Notes: generated by a model from the sequence alone, not told the origin. DNA of 64,000 bases from Thermodesulfovibrionales bacterium (GCA_044450345.1 JBIOIY010000004.1:82534-146533), one strand, 5' to 3'; shown: positions 18,501 through 29,351, numbered from the stretch's first letter. Numbers and translations are program-made.

Positions 18501-20863
18501 GCCAAAGGACGGCTGCGAATAATACGACAGTCGCACAAAATATAATCAACTATGTCCGGGGTACTGATATCGCTCCTGTCACATTGACGACTCCGACGGA
18601 GACCATTTCTTACAGGTCCAGATCAACCGCTATTGACTTGAGCAGCCCGCCAAACGGTACGGTCACCGATACATATACGATCAACGGGGCAACCTGGAGT
18701 GAGGCCAGCAAGGTCTGGAAGCTGGGTGACATCATCGATTCGACCCCGCGCGTGGCATCCTGGATACCCCTGAACAAATACGACACATGGTACGGAGACG
18801 GCCCCTATTCCACATTTATCGGAACATCGACATACCAAGGCAGGGGCATGGTGTTTACAGGAGCCAACGACGGCATGCTCCATGCATTCAAACTCGGCAC
18901 CCTTGATCCGCTATCGGTGTGCAAGGGCACAACGACTTCCTGTTTTTCTGACGCTGACTGCGTCGGGGTTGGGGGTGGCGTGTGCATACGGGCCCAGAAC
19001 ATCTCAGGGTTCATCAAGGCAAGGCTCTGCGAGGACGCCAACGGAAACGGCAAATGCGAGCCGTCTGAGACCACCAAAAGCAACCTGGGCAAAGAACAAT
19101 GGGCGTTTATACCTAAAAGTGCCCTGCCGTATCTGCAGTATCTTTCCAACCCGGATTATTGCCATCTCTACTATGTCGATGCCACCTCTTATTTATTTGA
19201 TGCAAGCATAGAGGCGCCCGGCGTCCATCCAACCGATTACTGGACTCAGACCAAAAAGGTCATGTGCGGATCAAATCAACCGTGCACCCCCACCAATAAT
19301 ACGCTTGACCTGGCCAATTCAAGCTGGAGATCGATACTGATCGGCGGCATGAGGCTCGGCGGCGCCTGCAGCGGTCCCAGCTATTGCAAGCTGATCGCCT
19401 CACCTTTTACAGTAACGACGACGATATGCAGTGATGATGCCGACTGCGCGACCGGATACAGCTGTGCAAAAACAGCGAATACGGTCGGAGCGCCTGCAAC
19501 TAATCTAGGGTATTCGTCATATTTTGCCCTTGATGTCACTGATCCCTCTGCGCCGCAGCTGATGTGGGAATTTACAAATCCTAACCTCGGCGCTGCATCG
19601 AGCGGCGCGGCGGTTGTAAAAATACAAGCCAGGACTTCAACCGGGACTTCGAGCATGACTGATGCTGGTGCGGACAAGATCAAGAGAAACGGAAAGTGGT
19701 TTGCCGTCATTGCATCCGGCCCCACCGGCCCGGTGGGGAATTCACTGTTCAAAGGCTTTTCCAACCAGAACCTCAGACTCTTTGTCCTTGACCTGAAAAC
19801 AGGGACCCTGCTCCGTACCATAGATACCGGAATAGCAAATGCTTTTGGCGGTTCCATGACCAATGCAACTGTTGATTGGGATCTCGATTACCAGGATGAC
19901 GCCTTGTACCTTGGCTATACTAAATCGGAAGACGCGACACCTTCGGGCACCACGGCCTGGACCAAGGGCGGAGTGCTCCGTCTTATCACCAGGGAGGACC
20001 TGAGCGGCAATGATGTATCAACTACCGGCAACACTGCGCTGAACCCGGCAAACTGGCTTGTGACCAAGGTCATTGACAACATCGGTCCGGTGACCTCTGC
20101 GATCGGGCATCTTGTCCATTATCCTTTTTCTGCGGCGCCTAATTTTTCGGCGAATAACACGCCTCCTGACAAGGCGTACATCTACTTCGGCTCGGGTCGT
20201 TATTTTTACCCTTTCGATGATACTGCGAACCAGCGGGCGCTATATGGTGTGGTCGAGCCCTGCCTTTCCAAAAATCGTCCTTCAGGTGGCGACTGGACGG
20301 GATTCACTACGACCGATACAACCGTAGCGCCGGTATGTGACGACAATGGCGGGACGCCTGTGACCTGCCTTACCACGTCGACCCCTCCGGCAAAGGACTT
20401 CTTCTCTCCGGCGAGCTGCCTGACGGACGCGACTTTAAGTTCAACTCTGACCAGTGCGCCGAATGGATGGTATATAAACCTCGATACCCCGGCAGGAACA
20501 CTGTACAGTGAACGGGTGATCACCGACCCGCTCGCCGCGAAGAGCGGGGTTGTCTTTTTCACTACCTTCTCTCCGGATACGGATATCTGCGCCTATGGCG
20601 GCAACACTAGTCTATGGGCCGTCCAATTTGACACTGGCGGCGCCGTCGGTGACAAAATTGAGGGTATGGGATTGCTGCAGGTGTCGACCGGCGCTATTGC
20701 GGAGGTCAACCTGGGCGCCCGTTTCGGCGATAAGACTGACGTAAGTCACAAGTTAGGCCGGAGGACCACCTCCATAGAGGGAGTGCCGCCTTCAGGCCAG
20801 GGGCTCGCGGTGATACTTGCTCCGCCGCCGGTCGATACATTTGTTCATATAAGAAAAAAATGA
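15569..20863 (+). CDS. pilY1: Type IV pilus tip adhesin PilY1/PilC-like (1764 aa)
   Basis: Signal peptide, vWA ILDNSGSM/TPLAE/LTDG, WKLGDIIDSTP, GANDGMLHAF, EQWAFIP, YYVD, FALDVTDP. Confidence 0.9.
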   Translation: MKSRKNIPVVVIGVFLCAVLMLSAQAEANPPSQKGYCIQPPFLVAPKQPNVLIILDNSGSMNCLAYQSGFDPSQFTSGTYYGYFDPTKNYRYDTSSSTAAAPNRWIPTNAAMNTGTVANPIASGNLLNWITMSRQDIAKKLLIGGRAATGISSAGAYNVADRTTSPVKLYADSDATSGLTCTTNVKSNDGTDKVCSNNNAQTCDADSDCGAGNTCNYLIYPFVGDYKYTVATGDTNTFSIAFNDPSTLKLYPNRNYPGSNPAYTFPNAWVVSTGTQANAYQTVDETTANTTDYITNKTTTEQALFDYDRANAALLAASGTISSVTVHAYAKKTGSATLYLQAVMWMNIPLLPDSVQPSGLSALTTSFADIPFDYPLNPITGAPWDWSDLTGTNSATGPNRLKAFGVQTMGPSNASPTSSLYATVSQVYIQINVSSPPAGGPYKIIVDQGTTPATGILDAMSTEVRFGLAQYNSNGVGGKIADTSATTPTYVNAGNVPNIVKTISNTIGASTTPLAETLYEMERYFRQDSTYYSSADYTKGCATALNGTSNCTGQSVNTNDPYFYGGSINQYVPCTQSYVLLLTDGESYSDTALPSTTPASPYAPCSLTNIKGCSGAGTLPRPTRFGGTTIGQTYTGSGSDYLIDVAYWGRTNDMRTGATDLPTNWQQGLPKTQNIYLYTVFLFGSGSTLLQDAAIYGGFQDINGNNQPDCTTKPEECYRDSNGDGHIYSVRHRFCTNEAPTFATTCLTDANCTAGGTCLDPDAPITYYEGDDGYKLQASITAALTEILKRAASGTAASVLASGQGSGANLLQAIFYPKRSISGQSDIMWTSTLQNLWYYINPSSSSASTIRENTADTGSIYELNLDKDNIINFFFDDTTQMTKANLFADANGDGVADSTIPTAVVDGTAVKNLWEAGLMLWNTSADSRKIYTNVTDTYAATTTAFAGMTEFKTANLTGTTPTLQSLLNTDYTVGTGIGQRTAANNTTVAQNIINYVRGTDIAPVTLTTPTETISYRSRSTAIDLSSPPNGTVTDTYTINGATWSEASKVWKLGDIIDSTPRVASWIPLNKYDTWYGDGPYSTFIGTSTYQGRGMVFTGANDGMLHAFKLGTLDPLSVCKGTTTSCFSDADCVGVGGGVCIRAQNISGFIKARLCEDANGNGKCEPSETTKSNLGKEQWAFIPKSALPYLQYLSNPDYCHLYYVDATSYLFDASIEAPGVHPTDYWTQTKKVMCGSNQPCTPTNNTLDLANSSWRSILIGGMRLGGACSGPSYCKLIASPFTVTTTICSDDADCATGYSCAKTANTVGAPATNLGYSSYFALDVTDPSAPQLMWEFTNPNLGAASSGAAVVKIQARTSTGTSSMTDAGADKIKRNGKWFAVIASGPTGPVGNSLFKGFSNQNLRLFVLDLKTGTLLRTIDTGIANAFGGSMTNATVDWDLDYQDDALYLGYTKSEDATPSGTTAWTKGGVLRLITREDLSGNDVSTTGNTALNPANWLVTKVIDNIGPVTSAIGHLVHYPFSAAPNFSANNTPPDKAYIYFGSGRYFYPFDDTANQRALYGVVEPCLSKNRPSGGDWTGFTTTDTTVAPVCDDNGGTPVTCLTTSTPPAKDFFSPASCLTDATLSSTLTSAPNGWYINLDTPAGTLYSERVITDPLAAKSGVVFFTTFSPDTDICAYGGNTSLWAVQFDTGGAVGDKIEGMGLLQVSTGAIAEVNLGARFGDKTDVSHKLGRRTTSIEGVPPSGQGLAVILAPPPVDTFVHIRKK

Positions 20864-21420
20864 GGAATAACCGGGGTGTCACATTGGTCGAGCTGCTGGT
20901 GGTTATTTCTATAATAGCCATACTTGCCGTGGCCCTCGGTTTTACCTACCAGGGATGGCAGGGCAGCTTCAAGGTCGAAAATGCGGTGAAACAACTCCAT
21001 GCAGATTTGATGACTGCCAGGACACTGGCAATGTCGACGAAAGTAGCATACATTGTCGATTTTCCTACAGCGACTTCATACGAAATCAGGACTTGGAATG
21101 ATACAAACAGCGACGGCAAAATCGATGCTGCTGAGATCACGGGCCTGCCCGCATTCCCGGTCCCGAAGACTTTGCAGTATCCAGTGCCGGCCGGCATCGT
21201 CGGCGTACTTTACATCTTCGATCAGCAGGGGCTTATATCCTCGGGTAATCTCGGTAATCCGCCGGTCCTCATCGACCCGGAAAATCCTCCTGTTATCATA
21301 AATCCTCCGGTTAAAATATTCCTTACCTCCACGAATACTCCGGATTACGACTGCATTACAATGTCCCAGTCAAGGATAAATATCGGGCTTATGGCCGCAG
21401 GAGTCTGCAATGCAAAATAG
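20860..21420 (+). CDS. fimU: Minor pilin FimT/FimU-like
   Basis: Class III leader RG|VTLVELLVV, C-terminal Cys pair, position in the cluster. Confidence 0.8.
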   Translation: MRNNRGVTLVELLVVISIIAILAVALGFTYQGWQGSFKVENAVKQLHADLMTARTLAMSTKVAYIVDFPTATSYEIRTWNDTNSDGKIDAAEITGLPAFPVPKTLQYPVPAGIVGVLYIFDQQGLISSGNLGNPPVLIDPENPPVIINPPVKIFLTSTNTPDYDCITMSQSRINIGLMAAGVCNAK

Positions 21421-21886
21421 AGGACTGAATCAGAAAGGGGTCACGCTTGTCGAGGTGCTGATCTCACTGGTGATACTTCTGATCGTCTTTATGGGGCTTA
21501 TCCAGGCGTCTATCTTGAGCATTAACCACAACCTCCGCAATGCGATGAGGGACGAGGCCGTCAGGATCGCCTCTGAATATATGTCAATGGCCAGATCGAC
21601 TGCTAATATTGACAAGATAGCAGGGGCGCAATCTGCCGTTAATTTATGCCCGGCTGTGTTTACTGCTGCAGCGCCGCTATCCACTACTATAAACAGGGGA
21701 ATCAGAAATATCAATCAGCAATTTATTGTTACAACGACGGGTTGTTATACAGATGCTACGTATAGTATTGCAGAGGCCACAGTAACTGTTAACTATATAT
21801 ACCCGGAACAGCCCACTGCCGACCTTCTCGACCCCAACAAAAGGCAGACAACGAGTGCGAATTCGCGGGTGAAAAGAAGACTATGA
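21410..21886 (+). CDS. pilV: Minor pilin PilV-like
   Basis: KG|VTLVEVLISL prepilin motif; position in the cluster. Confidence 0.8.
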   Translation: MQNRGLNQKGVTLVEVLISLVILLIVFMGLIQASILSINHNLRNAMRDEAVRIASEYMSMARSTANIDKIAGAQSAVNLCPAVFTAAAPLSTTINRGIRNINQQFIVTTTGCYTDATYSIAEATVTVNYIYPEQPTADLLDPNKRQTTSANSRVKRRL

Positions 21887-23115
21887 TGAGTAAAAGACAA
21901 AATCGGCCTGTCTGCCGGTCTCAGGGCGGACCCGTCCTCCGTCAGTCCGGAGGATTCACATTGGTTGAGCTGATGATTACCATGATAATATTTATACTGG
22001 CGATCACTGCCGCATCCCAGATATTCGTGGGGCTGCTGACCCAGTTCAAACAGCAGAGCAAGATCGCCGAGACGAATATTGAGGGTGTCATTGGACTCGA
22101 ACTGCTGAGGGCCGACATCGAGCAGGCGGGCTTTGGACTGCCCAGGGACATGAACGGGGTTACCTATGTCGAAGCGGTTAACGATCAGGCGACATGGTGG
22201 AACACGCCGTCTCCTGACGCTCGCACTGGCTATAACGATAATAACAATCCGCCGAGGGCTATAGTAATTGGGCCCCAAAACGGAATGAACAACTCTGATA
22301 TCCTTGTTGTCAAGGCAACGAATGTTGCAACAAGCGATGCTGCGCATAAATCGACTTATGTTGCGGATGACGGCAGTATTCAAACCACGGGTTCTGCGAA
22401 GGAAGACCTGTTAAATACAGATTGGGTTATTGCCTTGTTCCCGGACCTTACAGGGATGCCGACGGTGCTTTTAAATGGCGGAGTTCAATTCACATTCAAC
22501 GGAACACCCCCCGTAACAACTGCCCGGTTAGGGGCCGCTCCCGGTACAATAAACCTTGTATATGGAATCAGCCCGGCCGGTCCCCTGCGGATGCCTTTTA
22601 ACCGGGCCGATTATTACATCAGGCGGCCTACGACGGCCGGAAGTATGCCGGCCAGATGCGCGCCGGGGACAGGGGTTTTATACAAGGCAACACTTAACCA
22701 CGCTGACGGCAAGCATTCAGAAATGCCCCTGCTGGACTGTGTAGTGGATATGCAGGTGGTTTTTGGATTGGATACGAATGGAGATAAAGTGGCCGATTTT
22801 TTTGGAGATATCCCAGTCGGTTATACTGCCCAGCAGATAAGGGACCAGGTCATTGACGTTCGTGTCTATATAGTCGCCCAGGAGGGACAAATTGACACGA
22901 CATATACATATAAAAATTCGGTTCGTGGTCCAGATGCTCTCTGCGATGTTGATAGCGTGGTCTGCATTAACTATACCAATAGTAATACTGGTGCTCAGGT
23001 TTATTATAAAGCTGTTGACGTTAGTGCGTTGCCGGGAATTGGGACGGGATGGAAGAACTACAGGTGGAAATTATATACATTGGTGGCGAAGCCGTATTTC
23101 AGTCTGCAGCAATGA
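21883..23115 (+). CDS. pilW: Minor pilin PilW-like
   Basis: GG|FTLVELMI, LRADIEQAGFG, DMQVVFGLDTNGD. Confidence 0.82.
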   Translation: MMSKRQNRPVCRSQGGPVLRQSGGFTLVELMITMIIFILAITAASQIFVGLLTQFKQQSKIAETNIEGVIGLELLRADIEQAGFGLPRDMNGVTYVEAVNDQATWWNTPSPDARTGYNDNNNPPRAIVIGPQNGMNNSDILVVKATNVATSDAAHKSTYVADDGSIQTTGSAKEDLLNTDWVIALFPDLTGMPTVLLNGGVQFTFNGTPPVTTARLGAAPGTINLVYGISPAGPLRMPFNRADYYIRRPTTAGSMPARCAPGTGVLYKATLNHADGKHSEMPLLDCVVDMQVVFGLDTNGDKVADFFGDIPVGYTAQQIRDQVIDVRVYIVAQEGQIDTTYTYKNSVRGPDALCDVDSVVCINYTNSNTGAQVYYKAVDVSALPGIGTGWKNYRWKLYTLVAKPYFSLQQ

Positions 23116-23122
23116 GGTGATA

Positions 23123-23743
23123 ATGAAATTAATAAGAAACGAAAAAGGCATAGCGCTTGTGATGGTCTTGATCTTCTCCCTGATAGGGCTCGCAATTGTA
23201 TCGGCCATGCTTTTTATGTTGACACAGGGGACCAGGATTTCAGGCTCCCTCAAGATCTACAAATCAGGAGATGAGGCAGGGCTCGGCGGTACATTGACTT
23301 TAGCAGAGATGATCAAGAACAAGGGCCTCGCTCCCGCCTTGACAACGCAGCCCTTTGGTTTGGACGCATGTCTTCAGCAAAAGCTGAGCACCTCAAGGGG
23401 TGCTGGCACTACTTTGGCCACCACCTTATGGACCATCTGTAAGGCCGATCCTACCAGGCTTTCGCTGGACCCAACTGTCAGCCCCGATATGACTGTTGAC
23501 TTCCCCGGTCCGCCCGGAATTACTTTCAGGGCATATACCAAAATTGTTGATACTGTCAAGGGCAACACAGATACCAGCGGAATCGTTACGTCGGGACAAT
23601 TGGGCGGAACAGGTGTTGTCGAAGCTGCAGGCGGTCAGTCTTTTGCGGCCGCCAACCCCTATTTGTACAAGCTTGAGATCCAGACCCAGAATCTGACAAA
23701 CCCGACCGAAAAATCACGATATTCAGCCCTGTACGCGCATTGA
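23123..23743 (+). CDS. pilX: Minor pilin PilX-like
   Basis: KG|IALVMVL lacking Glu5, typical of PilX; GAGGTG RBS before ATG 23123. Confidence 0.8.
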   Translation: MKLIRNEKGIALVMVLIFSLIGLAIVSAMLFMLTQGTRISGSLKIYKSGDEAGLGGTLTLAEMIKNKGLAPALTTQPFGLDACLQQKLSTSRGAGTTLATTLWTICKADPTRLSLDPTVSPDMTVDFPGPPGITFRAYTKIVDTVKGNTDTSGIVTSGQLGGTGVVEAAGGQSFAAANPYLYKLEIQTQNLTNPTEKSRYSALYAH

Positions 23744-23795
23744 TAACACGATTCTTAAAGCCGCGGGTGCGACCTTGCCCCGAACCTCCGCAGTT

Positions 23796-23817
23796 ACGTG
23801 CCCTCCCGGGCACGTTT
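23796..23817 (+). terminator. Hairpin after pilX, possible weak terminator
   Basis: ACGTGCCC-TCCC-GGGCACGT-TT. Confidence 0.45.
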
Positions 23818-23887
23818 AGCTTGAAAATTACCTTGTCCCGTGTTATTATTTTCTCATGCTGAGAAAGGGATTTTCTATCCTTTACCC

Positions 23888-24157
23888 ATGACGGAAAAAA
23901 AGTTTAAATATTCTCTCATCCTTAGGGCGACTGATGACAAGAGGCTGCAGTATATCACAGCCAGACGACTGGGTGAGCTCTGGCCGGACCAGTCGTTTGC
24001 CCAGTGGAAGGCAAGAGTGGAGAGAGGCGAAACCATCATCCTTATGCGTACCGACAGCTTGGCAGAGATAACCCCGTTCAAGGAGAAACTCGACGAAGCC
24101 GGCGCCCTCACGGATATCGTAGAGCAGAAGTCTATCGGCGGAGCCAAAGTTTTCTAA
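23888..24157 (+). CDS. Small hypothetical protein
   Basis: 89-aa ORF from ATG 23888 with host-like codon use; start uncertain. Confidence 0.6.
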   Translation: MTEKKFKYSLILRATDDKRLQYITARRLGELWPDQSFAQWKARVERGETIILMRTDSLAEITPFKEKLDEAGALTDIVEQKSIGGAKVF

Positions 24158-24362
24158 TAGGCCCGCAAGAGGCAAATAGTTCCGCGCGGACATTCGCGAT
24201 CATGTTTTGCCGTCCTGATTTCCCCCCCTGCAATGGAAGCCCTTACCGTAAGTCTGCTTTTCCTGCAGCAGTTATTGTTTTGCTGTCTGTGCCTCCGTAT
24301 CTCTGCGGTATTCTTCACGCGCGCAATTGACTTGAATCTTGCCCTAAGGTTAAAATTTCTGT

Positions 24363-27300
24363 ATGCATTTGCACTCGGATTTTGTCTCCCTCCACCTGCA
24401 TACTGAATACAGTCTCCTGGACGGGGCCATACGCATAAAAGAACTGGTCGAAAGGGCGAAGGAATTCAGGATGCCCGCCCTCGCCATGACCGACCACGGC
24501 AACCTCTTCGGCGCTGTCGATTTTTATAAAAAGGTCACGAAGGCCGGCATCAAGCCCATCATCGGCTGCGAGGTATACGTTGCGCCCGGCAGCAGGTTCG
24601 ACAGGGGAGGATCGGAAAACGAAGAGGCGTCATTCCACCTTATACTTCTTGCGAGGAACAATGCCGGATATAAAAACCTCGTATCGCTTGTCACGAAGGC
24701 ATATCTTGAGGGTTTCTACTATAAGCCGAGGATAGATATGGGCCTCCTCGAACAATACAGCGGCGGACTCATCGGGCTTTCTGCATGTCTGAAAGGCGAG
24801 ATACCCTACTGCCTTCAGAGGGGCCTTGTCGACCGGGCACGGGAGAGGGCGCTGCAGTTCAAGCATATTCTCGGCGCTGAAAATTTTTATATCGAGATCC
24901 AGGAAAACGGCATGCCCGAGCAGGCCGGGGCGAACAAGAAGCTTATCGAACTTGCGCGGGAGCTCCATATCGGGATAGTGGCGACGAATGACTGTCATTA
25001 CCTGAAACGCGAAGACGCCAAGGCCCATGAAGTGCTCCTCTGCATCCAGACCGGCAAGACAATGAAGGACGCCAACAGGATGCGGATGGCCACCGATGAG
25101 TTTTATTTTAAGTCGCCGGCCGAGATGAAGGAGGCGTTCAAGGATGTCCCCGAGGCGATCACGAACACGATCTCAATCGCTGAACGCTGTAATGTCGAGT
25201 TCACTCTGGGTGAAAGTCTCCTGCCTCGCTATAAGGTAGAAACAGGCGAGAACCCCGATGATTATCTTACGGCCCTCGCGCGTACCGGCCTCGAAAAGAA
25301 ATTCAGCGGTCCTGTCCCTGAGACATACAGGGAACGGTTGAGCCTCGAGCTCGACGTGATAAAAAAAATGGGATATGCGTCGTACTTTCTTATAGTCTGG
25401 GATTTCATAAGCTTCGCAAGAAGCAGGGGCATTCCCGTGGGGCCCGGCAGGGGGTCTGCCGCAGGCAGCCTGGTCTCCTACTCCATAGGTATAACCGAGA
25501 TAGACCCTCTTAGGTATAATCTCCTCTTCGAGCGGTTCCTGAACCCCGAGAGGATCAGCATGCCGGACATCGACGTCGATTTCTGCCAGGACAGGCGGTC
25601 GGAGGTGATATCCTACGTCTCGGAAAAATACGGCAAGGACCGCGTGGCCCAGATCATTACCTTCGGGACCATGGCGGCAAAGGCGGCGATAAGGGACGTC
25701 GGCCGGGCCATGGACATGCCTTACGCAGAGGTAGACAGGATAGCCAAACTCGTGCCGAACACCCTGAAGATAACGATCGAGGAGGCGATAAGAGCGGAAC
25801 CCCAGCTTAAGGCGATGTACGATTCGGACGCCGGGGTGAGGGAACTTTTGAGCATCGCCATGCGCCTTGAAGGTCTGAACCGGCACGCCTCGACTCATGC
25901 CGCAGGCGTGATTATCGCACCGGTGCCGCTGACTGAATATACTCCGCTTTATAAGAGCCCTTCCGATGAGAGCATTATGACGCAGTTCGATATGGGGTCT
26001 GCGGAAGGGATCGGCCTCCTGAAGTTCGATTTCCTCGGGCTCAAGACGCTTACCGTCATCCAAAAGACCCTCGACCTTATCAGACAGAGCGGCGGGTATA
26101 TATCCCTGCCCGAAATCCCGCTCGATGACAAGGAGACCTACGAACTGCTCAGTTCCGGCCAGACGACCGGCATATTCCAGCTCGAAAGCGCGGGGATGAA
26201 GGACATCCTCGTCAAGATGGGACCGAACAGGTTTGAAGACCTCATCGCGCTTGTGGCCCTCTACAGGCCGGGACCGATCGGCAGCGGCATGATCGACGAT
26301 TTCATAAAACGCAAGAAGGGGAAGACGGCGGTGAAGTATGACCTTCCCCAGCTGAAAGAGATACTCGATGAGACCTACGGGGTCATACTCTATCAGGAGC
26401 AGGTCATGCGGATAGCGAACAAGCTCGCCGACTTCTCGCTCGGACAGGCCGATATCCTCAGGAAGGCGATGGGGAAGAAGAACTCCGAGGCGATGGCGAA
26501 ACAGAAAGAGAACTTCGTAAAGGGCGCGATCGCAAACGGCATACCAGAGAAAAAGGCGGCAAAGATCTTCGATCTTATGGAGCTCTTTGCAGAATACGGT
26601 TTCAATAAATCGCACTCCGCTGCATATGCCTATGTCTCCTTCCAGACCGCCTATCTCAAGACCCATTACCCGGTCGAGTTCATGGCCGCGACCCTCAGCG
26701 CAGACATGTCCGATACCGACAAGATCGTGAAGTCCATAAACGAATGCAGGAAGATGAAGATAGAGATGCTGCCCCCCGATATCAACCTCTCCGGAAGGGA
26801 ATTCAAGGTGATCGGCAACTCGATACGGTTCGGGCTCGAGGCGGTAAAAGGTGTCGGCGGCGCGGCGATAGAATCGATTGTCGAGGTGAGGTCGGAGGGG
26901 GGACCGTTCAAGTCGATCTCCGACTTTATCGAGAGGGTCGACCCGCGTAAGGTGAACAAGAAGGTGCTCGAGGGCCTTGTCAAGGCAGGGGCCTTCGATT
27001 CTCTGGACGTGACGAGGGCGGCCGCGATGAAGACAGTCGCGGACCTTCTCAACGGCGGCAAGCCTAAAAACGAAGGCCAGCAGAGCATCTTCGGCGATAT
27101 GCAGATCGAGACGGAAGAGGATGTTGCGGAGTGGGAGGAGACGGAATTATTGAGCAACGAGAAAGAATCGCTCGGTTTTTACATTACCGGACATCCCTTG
27201 TCGAAGTTTGAGCCCCTGCTGAAGAGGATAAAGGCAAGGAAGACATCCGAGCTTGAGACTGCCGCCGACAAGGAAGATATCGTCATCGGAGGCGTGTTGC

Positions 27301-27764
27301 GGGCGATAAAGAAAAAGAACGTGAAATCTACTGGCGACATGATGGCATATGTGGCCCTCGAAGACGATGAAGGCAGCGTTGAAGTGATCGTTTTTTCTGA
27401 ACTCTACAAGAGCGTCAATGCACTTCTGAAAAAGGACGCGCTTGTACTCGTGAAAGGAAATATAGACAGGGACGAAAAGGGCGTACGGGTGAGGGCGAGG
27501 GAGATCTCGGGTCTGGAGAACGCAGGCAGAAATGGACTGAAACGGCTTGAAATATCCCTCAAGGACCGGGAGTCGTGCAGGTCCTGTTTGAAAGAGATCA
27601 GGGCTCTCGTCTCCCAATACCCGGGGGATTGTCAGCTTTTTCTCAGGATCAGGCTCGATGGGTCGCAGACGCTTATCGCTACGGGAATCAGTCTGCGCCC
27701 CGACAACGCGCTGATCGGCACCCTTGAAGACATGGTTGGGAGAGGAGGCGTTACCGTCTCGTGA
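24363..27764 (+). CDS. dnaE: DNA polymerase III alpha subunit
   Basis: [42 protein letters not shown]. Confidence 0.98.
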   Translation: MHLHSDFVSLHLHTEYSLLDGAIRIKELVERAKEFRMPALAMTDHGNLFGAVDFYKKVTKAGIKPIIGCEVYVAPGSRFDRGGSENEEASFHLILLARNNAGYKNLVSLVTKAYLEGFYYKPRIDMGLLEQYSGGLIGLSACLKGEIPYCLQRGLVDRARERALQFKHILGAENFYIEIQENGMPEQAGANKKLIELARELHIGIVATNDCHYLKREDAKAHEVLLCIQTGKTMKDANRMRMATDEFYFKSPAEMKEAFKDVPEAITNTISIAERCNVEFTLGESLLPRYKVETGENPDDYLTALARTGLEKKFSGPVPETYRERLSLELDVIKKMGYASYFLIVWDFISFARSRGIPVGPGRGSAAGSLVSYSIGITEIDPLRYNLLFERFLNPERISMPDIDVDFCQDRRSEVISYVSEKYGKDRVAQIITFGTMAAKAAIRDVGRAMDMPYAEVDRIAKLVPNTLKITIEEAIRAEPQLKAMYDSDAGVRELLSIAMRLEGLNRHASTHAAGVIIAPVPLTEYTPLYKSPSDESIMTQFDMGSAEGIGLLKFDFLGLKTLTVIQKTLDLIRQSGGYISLPEIPLDDKETYELLSSGQTTGIFQLESAGMKDILVKMGPNRFEDLIALVALYRPGPIGSGMIDDFIKRKKGKTAVKYDLPQLKEILDETYGVILYQEQVMRIANKLADFSLGQADILRKAMGKKNSEAMAKQKENFVKGAIANGIPEKKAAKIFDLMELFAEYGFNKSHSAAYAYVSFQTAYLKTHYPVEFMAATLSADMSDTDKIVKSINECRKMKIEMLPPDINLSGREFKVIGNSIRFGLEAVKGVGGAAIESIVEVRSEGGPFKSISDFIERVDPRKVNKKVLEGLVKAGAFDSLDVTRAAAMKTVADLLNGGKPKNEGQQSIFGDMQIETEEDVAEWEETELLSNEKESLGFYITGHPLSKFEPLLKRIKARKTSELETAADKEDIVIGGVLRAIKKKNVKSTGDMMAYVALEDDEGSVEVIVFSELYKSVNALLKKDALVLVKGNIDRDEKGVRVRAREISGLENAGRNGLKRLEISLKDRESCRSCLKEIRALVSQYPGDCQLFLRIRLDGSQTLIATGISLRPDNALIGTLEDMVGRGGVTVS

Positions 27765-28738
27765 TCAGTTCATATCTTGAATTTGAAAAGCCGATTGAAG
27801 AGCTCGAGATGAAGATAGATGAGCTCAGGCGCATATCGGACGGCAAGGACATCAACCTGGCCGGCGAGGTAAAAAAACTCGAAAAAAAGGTGAGGGACTT
27901 ACGGACCGAGATATTTTCGAAGCTGACACCCTGGCAGAAGACGCTCCTGGCGAGGCACCCCGACCGGCCCCATACGCTCGACTACATGCCGCTTGTTACG
28001 GAAGAATTCATCGAGCTGCACGGCGACAGAAGGTTTGCCGACGACAAGGCGATTGTCGGCGGACTGGCGATGATAAAGGGCAATCCGGTAGTTATCATAG
28101 GCCATCAGAAGGGCAGAGGCACAAAGGAGAGGATACGGTGCAACTTCGGCCAGCCGCATCCGGAGGGATATAGAAAGGCGCTGAGGCTCATGGAGCTGGC
28201 CGAGAAGTTCAAAAGGCCGGTCATTACCTTTGTGGACACACAGGGCGCCTTCCCCGGACAGGGGGCTGAAGAAAGAGGACAGGCTGAGGCAATCGCCCGC
28301 AATCTCATGCAGATGTCGAGGTTGAGGACCCCGATTATCTCGGTCGTCATAGGAGAGGGAGGGAGCGGCGGCGCCCTTGCCCTGAGTGTTGCCGACAGGC
28401 TTTACATGCTTGAGCATGCGGTGTATTCCGTGATATCGCCTGAAGGGTGCGCGGCGATACTCTGGAGAAAAAATGGAGAATTGAGCACAGAGGATTTCTC
28501 CAAGGCAGCCGATGCCCTGAAACTGACCGCCCAGGACCTGCTGAAGTTCAAGATAATAGACGATATTATCGCTGAGCCGGTCGGAGGAGCGCACCGGGAC
28601 ATTCTGCAGACCGCGCAGAACATTTCGGACCGCATAGTCGGAACTATCGAGGAGCTTCGCAGCAAGACACCGGGTAAGCTTGTGGAAGAAAGGTACAAGA
28701 GGCTCAGGAAGATAGGCAGTTTTGCCGGAGAGGCATAG
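27761..28738 (+). CDS. accA: Acetyl-CoA carboxylase carboxyltransferase alpha subunit
   Basis: [36 protein letters not shown]. Confidence 0.97.
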   Translation: MISSYLEFEKPIEELEMKIDELRRISDGKDINLAGEVKKLEKKVRDLRTEIFSKLTPWQKTLLARHPDRPHTLDYMPLVTEEFIELHGDRRFADDKAIVGGLAMIKGNPVVIIGHQKGRGTKERIRCNFGQPHPEGYRKALRLMELAEKFKRPVITFVDTQGAFPGQGAEERGQAEAIARNLMQMSRLRTPIISVVIGEGGSGGALALSVADRLYMLEHAVYSVISPEGCAAILWRKNGELSTEDFSKAADALKLTAQDLLKFKIIDDIIAEPVGGAHRDILQTAQNISDRIVGTIEELRSKTPGKLVEERYKRLRKIGSFAGEA

Positions 28739-28792
28739 TCTTACGCGTGATAAAAAGAGGGGCGCAGTCAATACAATCATAATGGAGGAGAG

Positions 28793-29317
28793 ATGAAAAA
28801 AATTATTGTCGTGGTGTTGATTGTTTTCTTTGCCGCTGCATGCAAACAAAAAGAAGAACCTAAGGGACAGTACCAGTTTCCGGCCGGCAACGCCCAGACG
28901 CAGGACGACACAAAACTTCTCGAGGATTTTGTGAAAAAAGAACCGGGAAACGTAGACGCCTGGATAAAGCTGGGCAATGCCCTGATGGATACAAAACGTT
29001 TTAACGAGGCGATCGACGCATATCAAAAGGCGCTCGCCATCAATCCCAAAAACGTCGATGTCAGGGTGGACCTGGGCACCTGTTACAGAAACAGCGGCAG
29101 ACCGGCCGAGGCGATAAAGGAATACAGGAAGGCCCTTGAGATAGATCCCCGGCATCTGAACGCCCATAAAAATCTGGGGGTGGTGTTGGCCGATGACATC
29201 CATGGCAAGGCCGAGGCCACAAAAGAGTTCGAAAAGTTTTTGGAACTTGCCCCGAATGACCCTGATGGTCCGCAGATCCGGCAGATGATCCAGGAGTTGA
29301 AGACTGCAAAAAAATAG
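28793..29317 (+). CDS. TPR lipoprotein
   Basis: Lipobox-like FAAAC and about three TPR repeats. Confidence 0.85.
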   Translation: MKKIIVVVLIVFFAAACKQKEEPKGQYQFPAGNAQTQDDTKLLEDFVKKEPGNVDAWIKLGNALMDTKRFNEAIDAYQKALAINPKNVDVRVDLGTCYRNSGRPAEAIKEYRKALEIDPRHLNAHKNLGVVLADDIHGKAEATKEFEKFLELAPNDPDGPQIRQMIQELKTAKK

Positions 29318-29351
29318 ACCGTGGATCGCGAATTAAGGTGTTGCCGCTGAT

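Noticed and set aside
15569..23743. Diversity-generating retroelement or shufflon acting on pilY1
   Set aside because: No reverse transcriptase, template/variable repeat pair or invertase is visible
25173..26666. Long antisense ORFs (also 5356-6252, 27899-29203, 42891-43694, 45366-46301)
   Set aside because: Shadows of well-supported genes in GC-rich DNA, with no recognisable motifs
24363..27764. Intein in dnaE
   Set aside because: Normal length, continuous motifs, no splice-junction signatures
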